A DNA stretch of 64,000 nucleotides from Rebecca billardiae RCC1528 (GCA_965240325.2 OZ251253.1:248001-312000), one strand, 5' to 3'. Positions 29,552 to 42,615 are shown, numbered from the stretch's first letter. The notes: generated from the sequence alone by a model not told the origin. Numbers and translations: made by a program.

Positions 29552-32284
29552 ATGGGCGCGGAGCGCACCGTGCCGCCCTTCGAGGTGCGGCAGACCGCGA
29601 CGTTCATCGTCATCCTCGTGCAGACGCCGCACGCCCTCGAGGACTCCGTCCGCCTCACGGTCAAGCGGCGGTCGTTCTCGCTCCGATTCCGAGCGCGCGC
29701 CCCGCCGCCCGCCGAGGCCGGCGCGGCGGGCGGCGCGGCGGGCGCCGCCGACGGCGCGGGCGCGGCGGCGGACGAGGAGGGCACGCTGGAGTACGAGCTC
29801 TCCTCCGAGGTCGGCTCCGCCCCGGACGGCCTGCAGCTCACCGGAACTGCTTCGGGCGTCCGGTGCGCGAGCCGCAACCTCGCCGTGACGCTTCGCAAGG
29901 CGCCGCCCAAGGACAGCGCGCTGTGGCCCGAGTCGGCGCTGCCCACGGCGCGCTCGGCGGCGGTCTCGCTCGCCTCGGTGCTCAAGAGCGAGGCGAAGAA
30001 CGCCGAGGCGCTGCGCCGCGCCAAGCACGCCGCGGCCGGCGGCGCGCCCGCCGCCGCCGCCGCCACCGCCGCCGCAGCCGCAGCCAAGGGCCCAAGCGCT
30101 GTGGCGCTCGACTCGCCCGCCCGGCCCGCGGCGCTGGCCGTGGCGGCGGCGGAGGGCGGCGTCGGCGGCGGCGCGCAGCGCTCGCCCGGCGCGAGCTCGC
30201 CCGTCGACGGCGCCGCGCTCGCTGACGAGGCCGATGGCAGCACCTGGCGGCTGAGGCCCGACGACCTCTGTGCCCTGGCGGTGGCGGCCGCGGCGGGCGG
30301 CGGCGCGGCGGGCGGCGGCGCGGCGGGCGGCGGCAGTGGCGCGGGCGGCGTCGGCGGCGTCGGTGGCGGTGGTGAAGGCGGCAAGGGCGGCAGCGCGGGC
30401 TCGTCGGCGGGCGAGCGCAGCCCCGGCGGCGGCGCGCAGCTTGTTCCCTCCCTCGCCTCTCTCTTCCCCGCTGAGGGTTCTTTGCTCGCAAGGCTGCGGG
30501 TCGTGTGTGCGCGCGGCTGCGGGCTGATCGACACGGATGTGCATGCGCTCGTGGCGTGCCTGCGGCCGGGCGCGCGGCTGGGCGGCGGGTGCGCGCCGAA
30601 GGGCGGCGGCGGCGCGCGGGCGCGGCTCACCTGTCCCGAGCTCACCGCTATCGACCTGTCCTTCAACAGACTCTCCTGGGCGGCAGTTGAGACGCTCGGC
30701 GCGGGGTACTTGCGCAAGTACAGCACACGCGTCAGCGCGCTCGACCTCAGGTGCGGCAAGGGGGATGGATGGCCCAAGGGGAGATCGCTATCTCCCTTGG
30801 GGAGATCGCGATCTCCCTTGGGCGCGGGCGGCGCCGCCGGCGGTGGGGCGGGCGGGCGGGCGGGTGGCCTGCGCTGCGCTGGGGCGCGGCGCGCGAGCTC
30901 GGCTGCAGGGGCGCCGCCGCCCCGTGGCGCGACGCGGCACTCCGCGGGCGCTGGCGTGTTTTTATTTTCTAAAGCACACACACACAAGAATTGCTGCGTG
31001 GGGGCTGGGCTGGTTTGGCTGCTGTGCGCTGCGCGCGGGCGCGCGCACGCCGCTCACGCGCCCGTGCCGCGCGCGCGGCGTACCCCCCTCCCGGCCCGCC
31101 GCGCCTCCCCCGCGCCTCCCCCGCCGCCCGCCGCCCGCAGCTACAACATGCTAGGCCAGTCCTCCGCGCCCCGCCGTCGGCCGTCGGCGCGCGCGCACGC
31201 GTCCGAGGCGCCGCCCTCGGTCGGCGGCGACGCGATGGGCGCCGCCTCGCCGCCGCTCGAGCGGCTGCGGCTCGCGGGCAACGAGCTGTGTGCGGTCAGT
31301 CTGAACGCGTGCCTCGGCGCGCTCGCGGCGGCACAGGTGGTCGACGCGGCGGGCTCGCGCGCGGGTCTTGGCGGCTGCGGTCCCAACGGCGGCGCCGAAG
31401 CCACCGCCGCCACCGCCACCGCCGGCACCGCCGCCGCCGGCCTCGACCTCGACGTGTCCAACTGCGGGCTGTCTCGCTCAGACCTCGCACTGCTCTTCAC
31501 GCTCGAGCTGGCCGCGCTGCGCCTCGACGACAACGCGCTCGGTGCGCCGCGTGCCCCAAGCGCGCGCGGCACGGCACGCGCGCCGCGCGTGTACACGCGT
31601 GTGCGCGTGCGCGTGTGCGTGTGCGTGTGTGTGCCACTGGCTGTGGCTGTGGCTGCCTGCGCGCGCCCGCGCCGTGCCGGCGCCCCGGTGCCCGCGCCAG
31701 CGTCTGTGGCCGCGCGCGCACTCTCGGCGCGCCGCACAGAGCGCCCTTGCGGCCTCACAGCCGCCGCCGCCGCCCCCGCGCGCCCGGCACCGGCCACCGC
31801 AGGCGACGGCGCCGTCGCGGAAGTGGCGCGCACGCTCGCGGCCACGGCCGCCTCCCGCGTGCCGCTCTCGCCGCCCGGGTCGAAAGCGCATGGCGGCGGC
31901 GGCTCGCCGTGCGCCGGCGGCGCGGCGCGGCGCGCGCCCGCGTGGTCCGCCCTGCGCCTGCTCTCGCTGCGAAACGTCGGGCTCGGGGACGCGGGCGCGG
32001 CGGCGCTTGCGGATGCGCTCGCATCCGGCGCGAGCGCCGCCGCCGCGCGCGGCTCGCCTGCCGGCGCGGTTGGGGCCTCTGCGCCGCGCGCCGCCGTGCC
32101 CTCGGCAGCCACTCGCCTTCAGGGCAGCCCGGCAGCTGGCACCGCCGCGGGCGCGCCGCAGCTGCCGCCGCGCTCGCTGCTGCGCACGCTCGACCTGCGG
32201 CACAACCCGCGCGCGCAGCCCGCAGCCCTGGAGGGCGTGCGCGCCGCCGCGGCGGCGAGGCCGACACTGCGCGTGCTCGTCTGA
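29552..32284 (+). CDS. CS/p23-like N-terminal domain + ribonuclease-inhibitor-type LRR protein; introns 30751..31140 and 31542..31802
   Basis: FEVRQTATFIVILV...LAVTLRKAP...LWP (CS-like); LRRs LTAIDLSFNRLS, LDLSYNMLG (spliced), LRLAGNEL, LRLDDNALGD (spliced), LRTLDLRHN; GT-AG boundaries. Confidence 0.7.
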   Translation: MGAERTVPPFEVRQTATFIVILVQTPHALEDSVRLTVKRRSFSLRFRARAPPPAEAGAAGGAAGAADGAGAAADEEGTLEYELSSEVGSAPDGLQLTGTASGVRCASRNLAVTLRKAPPKDSALWPESALPTARSAAVSLASVLKSEAKNAEALRRAKHAAAGGAPAAAAATAAAAAAKGPSAVALDSPARPAALAVAAAEGGVGGGAQRSPGASSPVDGAALADEADGSTWRLRPDDLCALAVAAAAGGGAAGGGAAGGGSGAGGVGGVGGGGEGGKGGSAGSSAGERSPGGGAQLVPSLASLFPAEGSLLARLRVVCARGCGLIDTDVHALVACLRPGARLGGGCAPKGGGGARARLTCPELTAIDLSFNRLSWAAVETLGAGYLRKYSTRVSALDLRCGKGDGWPKGRSLSPLGRSRSPLGAGGAAGGGAGGRAGGLRCAGARRASSAAGAPPPRGATRHSAGAGVFLFSKAHTHKNCCVGAGLVWLLCAARGRAHAAHAPVPRARRTPLPARRASPAPPPPPAARSYNMLGQSSAPRRRPSARAHASEAPPSVGGDAMGAASPPLERLRLAGNELCAVSLNACLGALAAAQVVDAAGSRAGLGGCGPNGGAEATAATATAGTAAAGLDLDVSNCGLSRSDLALLFTLELAALRLDDNALGAPRAPSARGTARAPRVYTRVRVRVCVCVCVPLAVAVAACARPRRAGAPVPAPASVAARALSARRTERPCGLTAAAAAPARPAPATAGDGAVAEVARTLAATAASRVPLSPPGSKAHGGGGSPCAGGAARRAPAWSALRLLSLRNVGLGDAGAAALADALASGASAAAARGSPAGAVGASAPRAAVPSAATRLQGSPAAGTAAGAPQLPPRSLLRTLDLRHNPRAQPAALEGVRAAAAARPTLRVLV

Positions 32285-32830
32285 GCTGTCCCGTGTCCGG
32301 TGCGGCGTGGACGCTGCGTGGAGCCCGGTGGGGCGTCTGGGCAGGCAGTATATGACTATGAGTATAGCCGCAGTAGACGAGTATTGTCTGGCCGCAGTCA
32401 CGGTGTCAGTCACGGTACTCGGTAGCCAGGGGCCAGTGCTCCGGGGACTGCGTCCGTTCAGAGCGAGTGGCGGGTGCCTGTGCTGTGCGCATGCGTCGCA
32501 AGATGACTATTAGCTAAGCACAGGTGCGCCAACGGTCAACTGTAGGGCACCGCGCGCACGGCGCAGGCTACGTCGGCCCCGCTGGGCGGCCGCGGGGGGA
32601 CGATGTTCACTGGGCGCGAGAAAAAGTTATTCAGTCCAACCGCTCGCGAAGGAAAAAAGATGGCTGGCCGTGTGAAAAACAAAAGTCCGGGAGCTCGCGT
32701 GCGCGTCGCCGGGCGCTCCGCCCCGAGCTGAAAGGCACGCCCCGCCCGCGTGCGCGGGCCACGCACGCGCTCGAACAGCGCGAGCGGCCCGCCCCTTTCA
32801 AGCCAGCCCAGCCCAAGCCCACGCGCAACC

Positions 32831-33374
32831 ATGCCCCGCCGCGACGACGAGGAGGAGGAGCCCAAGGAGCGCCGCCGCCGGCGCGACGACGAGGAGGAGG
32901 AGGAGGAGGAGGGCGGCGACGACCGCCGCGAGCGCCGCCGCGAGCGCCGCCGCGACGACGAGGACACCGAGAAGCCGCGCGAGCGCCGCCGCCGCGACGA
33001 CGAGGACGCTGAGAAGCCGCGCGAGCGCCGCCGGCGCGACGACGACGAGGACCGCCCGCCGCGGCGTGACGACGACCGTGACCGGAGCTACCGCGACGAG
33101 GGCCGCGACCGCCGCGGCGGCGGCGACCGCTACGGCGACCGCGACGGCGGCCGCGGCGGCGGCGGCTATGGCGGCGGCGGCGGCGGCTACGGCGACCGTG
33201 GCGGCGGCTATGGCGACCGCGATGGCGGCGGCCGTGGCGGGTACGGCGGCGGCGGGTACGGCGGGTACGGCGGTGGCGGCGGCTACGGCCCGCCCGGCGG
33301 CGCGTACGGCGGCGGCGGCGGCTACGGCCCGCCCGGCGGCTACGGCGGCGGCCAGGGTGGCTATGGCGGCGGCC

Positions 33375-33406
<32 letters not shown>

Positions 33407-34211
33407 CCGGACGGCCAGGGCGACAAGTGCTTCAACTGCGGCCAGCTGGGCCACCTCTCGCGGGACTGTCCCGATCGGAACCGAGGTACTGGCGCGGCGC
33501 CGCGAGCGAGCGCCGACGGCGCGCCGGTGCAGCGCGGCGGCGGGCGGCGGGCGGTGGCGGCAGAGGCTGCGGACGGCGCCGTGGCCGGGGCGGCGGCGGG
33601 GGCGGCGGCGGTGGTCCGGTGTTCCCGGTCCGGGCGGCGCGGGCGGTGGCGAGTGTCGGCGTGCGCGCGTTGGCGGGGCGTGCCGGTGGGGCGGACGCGG
33701 CGGAGGGAGGCGTGGTGCTTGGTCCCGTGCCGACGCTTGGCCGGCGTGCCGCGGCGTGGAGGCGGCGGTGGCGCCGCCGGCGCGCGACTGGCGGAGCCGC
33801 GGCGGCGCGGTTCGGCGGAGGGGGTGTGCGGCGCGCTCACTTCGTGTCTCGTGTCCCCTCTCCTCGCTGGCGGCGTGGCCGTCGGCGCGTGCTGCTCTGT
33901 GCGCCGTGCTGTGCTCCCGCCCGCCCGCGCGCGCGCGTGCCGCCCGCCCGCCCGCGCCGCGCGCGCGCGCTCGCGGCTGCCCGCGCCTGCGTCGTGCGCC
34001 CCTTCCGCGCCGCCGCGCGCCGCGCCCGCTGCTGCCGCGCCGCTGCCGCGCGCGTGCAGGCGAGAAGTGCTTCAACTGCGGCGGCTTTGGCCACATCTCG
34101 CGCAACTGCCCGGACCGCTCGAAGGGCGAGAAGTGCTTCAACTGCGGCGGCTTCGGCCACATCTCGCGCAACTGCCCCGACCGCAATGCCGGCACCGCGG
34201 GCGGCCCGTAA
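32831..34211 (+). CDS. Arg/Asp- and Gly-rich CCHC zinc-knuckle nucleic-acid-binding protein (CNBP/GIS2-like); intron 33486..34059
   Basis: Three CFNCGxxGHxSRxCP knuckles; RGG/YGG tracts; the intron joins NR-G-EKCFNC. Confidence 0.85.
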
Positions 34212-35288
34212 GCCGCCCGCGCGCCAGGCCCCCCTCGCCGGCCGCGGCGGCGGGCCGCGCCGGCCGCGCGCAAACGCCGCCATCATCAGCGCTGCGAGAG
34301 CCTGTGTGCAGGCCCGTCGCCGCTGCACCGTCGAGCCGCGGCGCCGGCGCGGTGCGCCCCGCACGCCGCGTGCGTGCCAGGGGTCGCCGCCGCGCGAGCG
34401 CCGCCACGCGGCGATGACTGTTTGATCGCGCCATTCACCAGTGACCGCCTGAGTCCGTGTGTCAGTGCCTGTGCGTTGCCGGCCGCGCCCGGCGATTGCC
34501 GTGGCGCATGGCACCGGCTCGCACGCTGCGATTGATCGAGTACTGCTGCTAGGTGATGCTGATTATCAGTCGATGAATATCCGGCCTCCAGCAGACTGAA
34601 CTGCTCGGTGATGCAGGCCTGCCGAGTCTCACTCTCAGTCTGTCAGACTCATCAGACTCAGTCTCGCTGCGGTAGAACTAGACGGACTACACTAGACGGT
34701 AGTGACTTACGGTCTTACCGTAGTGCGGTCTGCGGACCCGGCAGGGCGGCAGCGGACCCGATCCGCGATTCTGACGCGACTGTCACTGTACGACTACTAC
34801 GTATGATACGCAGCGCAGCATATCGTCGCGACTATACTACGCGATATATCGTCATCGTCGAGCTTCGTCGGCCGATCTCAGAGGCGCCAGCCTCAGAGCC
34901 CGCGCCCGCACGGACCACGGTCCGCACTGGCGGCACCTCGCAGCCGGGGGCACGCAGGCGCACGCTGCCGCTGATGTGACGTTGGCGGTTGGGACTTGGC
35001 AGTTGGCAGGGCTGGTCTGCTGGGTCGGCCGTGCGGCGCTGCGGGCTGCGGCTGCTGGCTCGTGCGCGTTCAGCCGACGGTGGCCACGGCTGCTGCTTCT
35101 CCCCGCCTGGCCTCGGCGCGCTGGCCACCCGCCCGTTGCCATGGCAGCGGCACCCGCGCGGGCGGCACAGTCTGTCACTCAGTCTGCCGGGGCGGCCTCG
35201 CCAGCGGCCGCGGAAGCAGCGGCGCGGCAGCGACGGCGACACGCCCGCCTCACGCCTCCCGCCGCGGCGCAGCGCGACGCGCCGCTCG

Positions 35289-38200
35289 TCACTTGGAGCG
35301 CGAGAACCAGCCGCCCTTGTTCTCCGCCTTTTTCTTCTGCTGCCCCTGCTGCTGCCCGCCGCCCTTCCCGCCGCCGCCGCCCATCCAACCGCCGCCGCCG
35401 CCGCCGCCGCCGCGCTGCTGCTGCTGCTTCGCCGCCGCCTTCGCCGCCTCCTGCGCGGCCGCGGCCTGGTCGAAGGGCGACGCGCCGCCGCCGCGCGCGC
35501 CGCCGCGGTACTGCTGCTGCGCGTACCCCTGCTGCTGCGCGTAGCGCTGCTGCTGCGCGCCGTACTGCTGCTGCTGCTGCGCCTGCGCCTGCGCCAGCCG
35601 CTGCCGCAGCGCCTGCTCATATTGCGCCGCCGCCGCCGCCTCCTGCTGCCGCTTCGCCGCGGCGTGGTGCTGCTGCTGCTGCGCCGCGAGGGCCGCCTGC
35701 TGCTGCGCGCCGCCGCCGCCGCCGTACCCGCCCCCGTACCCGCCGCCTGCGCCGCGCAGCTGCTGCAGCTGCGCCGCCACCTGCTGCTGCAGTCGCGTCA
35801 GCTGCTGCTGCTGCTGCGCGCTCATGCGGCCTCGGCCCTGCAGGAGCTGCTGCTGCAGCTGCTGCTGCAATCGCTGCAGCTGCGCGACCTGCTGCCCCTG
35901 CGCACCCCCGCCACTCCCACCGCTCCCGCTCGGCAGCGCCGGAGCCCGCCCCTGCTCCCGCGCCTGCTCCCGCGCCACCTGCCGCGCGTCGTGTACCAAG
36001 TCGTGCACGCCATCACCGTCCAAGTCCTCGTGAATCACGTCCATCTCGCCGTCGCCGTCGCGGTCTTCGTGGACCAGGTCGAAGGTGCCGTCGCCGTCCA
36101 CGTCCTGCGCGCACGCGCGGGCACGCGGGGGCGAGGGTTGATGGCGTGTGGGCGTGCTGGTGGGTGCTGGGTTGGCGGTGGACGCGCGCGCGCGGCTGCG
36201 GCGCGCGCGCGCCCGGCCGCCCGGCCGCCAGCTGCCCGCGCGCTCGGCGGTCGGCAGCGGCCGCCTGCCCGGCCGCTCGGTCCGCCCCCACGCGTGGAGA
36301 GAACGCACACCACCCACGCGCGGAGGGAGGACGACCCACACAGAACACACACACACACACACATGCACATACACATATACACACACAGAACACAATACAA
36401 TTAATGAAAAATAATAAATAAAAGCGCGGCATTGGCGCGCGCGCTACCTCGTGGATGAGGTCGTGGATGCCGTCTCCGTCCACGTCCTCGTGCACCGCGT
36501 CGATGGTGCCGTCCTGGTCGATGTCCTCGTGGACGGCGTCGAGCTGGCCGTCGCCGTCGAGGTCCTGCGTGTGTGTGTGTGTGCAGGGAGGGGCGGGGAG
36601 GGGAGGGCGCGACGGTTGGGCGGGGGGCGTGCAGGGGCGTGGCACTGCCGTGCCAGCGTGGGTTGGGCGCGCGGCCGGCGCCGCCTTCAAGCAGGGCTGG
36701 CAGCATGGCCGCCCCCCCGCCTGGCACGCCCGCCTCCCCGCCGCCGCTGCCCGCCGCAGCACGAGCGCGCACTGCCCGGCTGGTTGAGCGCGCGCCCTTG
36801 CCCTGCCCTGCCCGCCGCCCAGCCTGCCAGCCCGCAGCGCCGCCCCCGCCGCCGCCGCGCGCCCACCGGCGCCGCCCGGGAGATTGCAATCTCGCGCGGC
36901 CGCAGACGCGCCCCCCCGGCGCCTCCTCTCCCCCTCCCGCGGCCCCTGAGAAAGCGCAGCCTCCGCCGACCTCTCTCTCGGCGCGTCGCGGGGATTGCAA
37001 TCTCCGCGCCTCCCCCTCGGCGCGCACCTCGTGTATGAGCTCGTGGTAGCCATCCTGATCCGTGTCCTCGTGCACAAGGTCTGCGATCCCGTCGTGGTCG
37101 ACGTCCTCGTGGATGATGTCGTGGTAACCGTCGCCGTCGAGGTCGTGGTGCAGCAGGTCGTGCCGCCCGTCGCCGTCCAGGTCCTGCGCGCGCGGGGGCG
37201 CGGGCGCGCGGGCGGGCGGGTGGGTGGCGGAGGCGGGCGCGGGCCGCCGGGGGGGCGCGGGGGCGGGCGGGGGCTGAGCGGGTGTGGCGTCGGGGGCGGC
37301 GGTGGTGCGCTCGGGCGCTCAGGCGGGGCGCGCGGCCCTCGGCGCGGCCGCGCGGCCGGCGGTTGAGTGCGCAGCAGCACGCCCAACCCCACGCTCCCGC
37401 CAGCGCCCCCGCCCCCGCTCTCGCTCCCGCGCGCCGCGCCGCGCGCCGCAACCGCGCCGCGCCGCGCCGCGCCGGTCGCCGCGCGGCGCCGCGCTTGGGC
37501 GCACCTCGTGAACTGAGTCGAGGATGCCGTCGCCGTCCGAGTCCTCGTGCAGCAGGTCGGCGATCCCGTCGCCGTCGATGTCCTGCGCGCATGCGAGGCA
37601 GCGCGCGCACCGTGAGAGCCGCGCCGCCCTCGCTGGCAGTGCGTCCGCTGCGACCCGCGCGGCGCGCCGCCGCGCCGCGCCGCGCGCCGCCGCGCCGCGC
37701 CGCGCCGCGCGGAGCGGCACGCCGCGCCGCGCGCACCTCGTGGACGATGTCGGCGATGCCGTCGCCGTCGAGGTCCTCGTGCAGCGCGTCGGCGATCCCG
37801 TCGCCGTCCAGGTCCTCGTACACGAACGACACGCCGAGCAGCTGCTGCCCGCCCCCATGCTGCGCGACCGCGCCGCTGCCGCCGCCGCCTCGCGCCGTCG
37901 AGTGATGCTGCACGAGACCTCCGGCGCCTGAGGAGGCGGAGGCGGAGGCGCGGCCGCCGGAGGAGGAGCCGCCGACGACCTGCTGGAGCAGGCCGTGCAG
38001 GTCCCCGCCGCTCCCGCCGCCGCGCCCGCCGCCGCCGCCGCCGCCGCCGCCATACTGCCGCTGCTGAGCCTCGATGGCCGCGAGCGTTGCTGAGCCGCCG
38101 TTAGTCACAGCCTGCTTCAGCTTAATCGCCCACTGCGCGATCTCCTCGGCGGCGGCGCTGGCGGCGTTGGGCTTGCGCACCAGCCGGCCCTTGTGGTAGA

Positions 38201-38662
38201 ACACCAGCTCGGGGCAGTCGTTCTTCGTGCACAGCACGTCGATCAGCCCTGCGCGCGCCGGCCGCGCCGCGCCGCGAGCGCGCGGCGCCGGGGGGTCGGC
38301 GTCGAGCGCGCGCGCGCGCGGGCGAGGCCGCGCGCGGCGCGTGCGCGGCGAGCGTGCGCACCGGGCTGGCGATCGACGTCGACCACGCCGACGATGATCC
38401 CGTGCTTCGACGAGCCCGTGTTGAACGCCTGCGCCACGCGCTCGACCACGGGCGCGAGCGCCTTGCATGGCGCGCACGAGCGCGAGTCGAGCCGGATGAG
38501 CCACGAGCCGTGGTTCGTCACGTGCCAGTTGGCGGCGGTGAGGTCGATGGTGTACCCGCCCCCTCGGGAGGAGCCCGAGCGCTGCGCCGCGGCGGAGGCC
38601 GCCGCGCCGAGCAGCAGCGCGACGCGCGCCGCCAGGCCCGGCCGCAGATGAGCGAGCGCCAT
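35289..38662 (-). CDS. Secreted thioredoxin-like protein with 14 DxDGDGxxDxxHE repeats and Gln/Gly-rich tail; exons 38362-38662, 37737-38248, 37505-37582, 37028-37183, 36448-36564, 35289-36104
   Basis: Signal-like N-terminus; LTAANW...SCAPCKALAP...VGVVDVD thioredoxin pattern; canonical GT-AG introns keep the frame. Confidence 0.75.
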
Positions 38663-38903
38663 GGCCCCGAAATGAACGCAGTCGGCGGCCGGGCCGGCTT
38701 CCACGTGTCCGCGCCGCGCTGGCTCCCGGACCAAGGCGCTCGGCTGATTTTGTTGCGCGCGCGGGCGAGAAAATGGAAATGGGCTTTAAACGCCCTAATT
38801 ACCGGGAAAAACTCGCGGCGTGTCCGGGCTCGCCGGCCGCTGCTGCTGCCGCTCAGAGGCTGCGGCTGCGCCCGGGCGAGCTGCCAGCGCGGCGCTGGCG
38901 GCG

Positions 38904-39212
38904 ATGATTGCGCGGGTGCTGCTGTGCGCGCTCGCCGTCGGTGGCGCGCGCGGAGGCGCGGGCGGCGCGCGCGCGGCGCGTGGGGAGCACGGCATCGCGC
39001 TCGACGCGCATGCGCTCCGCGCGCGCACACGTGCGCCGCCGCGAGCCGCGCCACTCGCGCTGGGCGGCGGCGGCGGCGCCGCCGCCGCGCGCGGCGCGTG
39101 GGACGGCGCGCCGCGCGCGCGCGCGGGCAGCCGGCTGCGGCAGCTGCTGCGAATAGGTGGCCGCACGCGCACACGGCCACACGACCGCTCGGCCCACGCG
39201 CGCCGCGCCAGT

Positions 39213-39243
<31 letters not shown>

Positions 39244-42028
39244 CAGAGCTCGGCGGCGGCGGCGGCGGCGGCGGCCCTTGGGGCGCCATGGCCGTGGCGG
39301 CGCCGCCGCTGAGCGCGGGCGGCGGGCGCAAGAAGCGCATCCTGATCCTGATCTCGGACACGGGCGGCGGCCACCGCGCCTCCGCGCAGGCGCTCGAGGC
39401 CGCGCTCAACGAGCTCTTCCCCGGCGCGCTCAACATTCACATTCTGGATATCTGGACTAAGCACGGCCCTTACCCGTTTAATACTTGCGTGAAGGGATAC
39501 CAGTACCTCGCGGCGCGGCCGCTGCTGTGGTGGCTCACGTGGCACTACAGCGTCTTCTACCCGACGCGCGTGCTCACCACCGCGTGGGCGCGCGCCGCCG
39601 GCGCGGGGCCCCGGTTTCGTCAGTGCCTCGCCGAGCAGAGCCCAGACCTAGTGGTCAGTATGCACCCGCTTACCCAGGAAATACCCGTATCGGTGCTCGA
39701 GCGGATGGCGGCGGAGAAGGGCGCGGCGCGCGCGCGCGGCGAGGGGGGCGATGGCGGCGCCGCCGACGCCGACGGCGCGCCCGGCGCCGACGCCGCGCTG
39801 TGCACCGGCGGCGCCGCGCGCCGCGACGGCGGCGGCGCGGCCGCCGCGCCGCCGCCCGCCGCCCGCCGCCCGCCGTCGTCGTCGCCGCCGCTGCTGCAGC
39901 CGCTGCCGCCGCTGTTCGGCGGGAAGGCGCGGCGGACGGTGCCGTTCGTCACGGTGGTCACCGACCTCGGCTCCGCCCACCCGCACTGGTTCGACAAGCG
40001 CGTCGACCGCTGCTTCGTGCCCTCGGGTGCGCGCGCCGCGCCGCGCGCGGCGCGCCGCCCCGCGCGCGCAGTGCCGCCCCGCGCGGCGCGGCGCGCGCCG
40101 CGCCCGCGCGCGCGGCGCCGCGGCCCACGCGACGCGTCCCCTCTCCGCCTGCGCGCTCGCCCCTGCCCGCGCGCAGAGGCGCTGCGCCGCGAGGCGAGGC
40201 GCCGCGGGCTGCGCGAGTCCCAGCTTCGGCTCTATGGCCTCCCGATCCGTCCGACGTTTTGGCAACCGCCTAAGGCTCGGGACGTGACGCGGCGCGCGCT
40301 CGGCCTGCGGACGGAGCTGCAGACGGTGCTGATCGTGGGCGGCGGCGACGGCGTGGGCGGGCTGCGCGAGGTGGCGACGCACCTCGCCGCCGCCGCCGCG
40401 AGCCAGCGCGCCGGCCGCGTCCAGCTCGTCGTCGTCTGCGGCCGCAACCGCGAGCTCCGCGCCGAGCTGGCCGCCGCGTCATGGCCGGCCGGCGTGCGCG
40501 TGTGCGTGCTCGGCTTCGTCACACAGATGAGCGACTACATGGCGGCGGCGGACGTGCTGGTGCGCGCGCTGCGCCGGACGGCCGGCCACCGCGCGTGGCG
40601 GCGGAGGGCGACGGCGGGCCGCCACGCCAGCCGCGCGCCTCGGCGGCGCGGAACCGCGCGCGCGCGCCGGCGCGGCGCGCGCGCGCGCCGGCGCCGCGCC
40701 GCGCCGCACCCTTCTCGCCCACCGCCGCGGCGGCCTGCTCGCCGCCCGTGGTCAGCCGCGCCCCGCCCCGCCCCCCGCCCACCCACGCAGGTCACCAAGG
40801 CCGGCCCCGGCACCATCGCGGAGGCGTGCGCGCGCGCACTTCCCGTAATGCTCTCCTCCTATTTGCCGGGGCAGGAGGCGGGTAACGTCCCCTATGTGGA
40901 GGGGCAGGGGTTTGGCGCGTACCGGAAGACGGTGCGTGCTGCGGCGGCGCGTGCGTGCGTGCTGCAGCGGCGCGTGCCTGCGTGCGTGCGTGCGTGCGTG
41001 CGTGCTGCGGCGGCGCGTGCGTGCGTGCGTGCTGTGTGTGCGGTGTGGTGTGTGCGTGTGCGTGTGTGTGGGCGTGTGGTGCGCGCGCTCTTGTGCGGGC
41101 GGGCGGGCGGGCGGCCGGGCGGCCGGGCGGCCGGGCGGCCGGGCGGGCGGGTCGGCGGGCGGCGGAGAGACGGCAGCGAGGGCAGGGGAGGGGGCGCGGT
41201 GCCGGGGAGGTTGCCACGCGGCCGCCTCGCCCCACCCCCCAGGCGGCCGCGGCGCCGGCCTGGGCTGCGCTGGACACACCCACCTAGAACGCCCCCCTCG
41301 CCAGCGCCCACCGCACCGCACCGCACCGCACCGCACCGCACCGCGCACGGCGCGCACGCCCGCCCGCACGCCCTCCTGGCTTTTTCCATTTGCCCATCTC
41401 GAATCCATCGCCCGCCCGCCCGCCGCGCCGCCCCTGCGCGCCCGCGCCGCGCCGCGTCCGCCTGCGCCCCCCCCAGCCCGAGGCGATCGCGCAGGGCGTG
41501 CTCCGCTGGCTGTCCGACCCCGACAAGCTGGCCGCGCTCTCAGCAAACGCGCTTCAGGCGGCGCGGCCACTCGCGACGTACCAGATTGCGAACGAGATCG
41601 GTGCGCGCCGAGGGGCTGAGGGGCTGGCTGCATCGCGCGCCCGTGCGCGAGGCCTGCCGGGCGTGGGCCGCGCGCGCGCGTGGGCGTCGCTGCTGTGCGC
41701 TCGGCCGTGCCAGCTGCGTCCCCCCGGGCGTTGCGCTCGCGGCCGTGTCCGGCGGCCATGCTGAGTGTCCCGTCCGGACACAGCATGGCGGCCGGACACG
41801 CACACGGCGGCCATGCTGAGCTGCCCCGCCCCCTGCCCGACACGCGCACACGGGCGCGGCGCGCGCGCGCTGCCCCGTGCGCGGCGACGCGTGGCCGCAC
41901 CGCCACGCGCGTGCCGAGCAGGCGGCATGCTATTCGGGCCGTCGCAGCTCATGCCCAGCGGCACGGGCCAGGGCGGGCAGAAGCGGCACGCGACGCCGAC
42001 GGCGCCGCTGGCGACCTCGTTGCGCTGA
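38904..42028 (+). CDS. MGD: Monogalactosyldiacylglycerol synthase (GT28); introns 40027-40176, 40560-40790, 40932-41476, 41601-41921
   Basis: ILILISDTGGGHRASAQAL, VSMHPLTQ, VTVVTDLGSAHPHWF, GGGDGVG, VVCGRN, VTKAGPGTIAEA, PGQEAGNV. Confidence 0.9.
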
Positions 42029-42615
42029 TGCCGAGTGCGAGCACGCGGTCGCGGTCCGTCGACGCTGCTCGTCGGCTCGGCGATAAGCAGCGGCCACTGA
42101 TGGGCGCGCGGCCGCTCCTGAGCCCGCCGCGCCGAGTCGGCCAGCGGCCGATGTGCCAATCACGTCACCGAGTCGCCCCGCGAGCCAGTCAGACGCGCGC
42201 ACCGTGACCGTAAGTAGTGCCCTGGCACCGACGGTCACATCGGGCCTCACTCACTGCAAGACATAAAGCGCAGTAACTGTCAGAGTGACGGTAGTGCACC
42301 CAGCAGTGCAGCGCGTGCAGACGACCAGCAGCAGTGCCTCGCCTGAGCGCTGTGGGCCGGCCGTGCACCATCGCGGCGCGAATCAGCGAATGCCTTCATT
42401 TACAGTTTACTAAGAATAAGAGACGCACACAGCTCTGACAGGCAGGCGAACAGTGCAAACTCACCGGACTCTCCGTCCAAGCGCTTGCTTCGGACCCGGA
42501 CGGCCGTTGCCGCACAAAAAGGCGCCAACTGTATTTCGTCGCGTTTTTTGCACCGCGCCCCTCAGCAGGCCGGGCTGTGGCCCACCGTCCGCTTGCAAGC
42601 CGCCCGCCGGTTGGC

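Noticed and set aside
21481-40790. Apparent excess of stop-free 3n introns (165, 390, 261, 150, 231 nt)
   Set aside because: Ascertainment bias from long ORFs plus high GC; many other introns here (574, 545, 113, 79, 101, 352 nt) are not 3n
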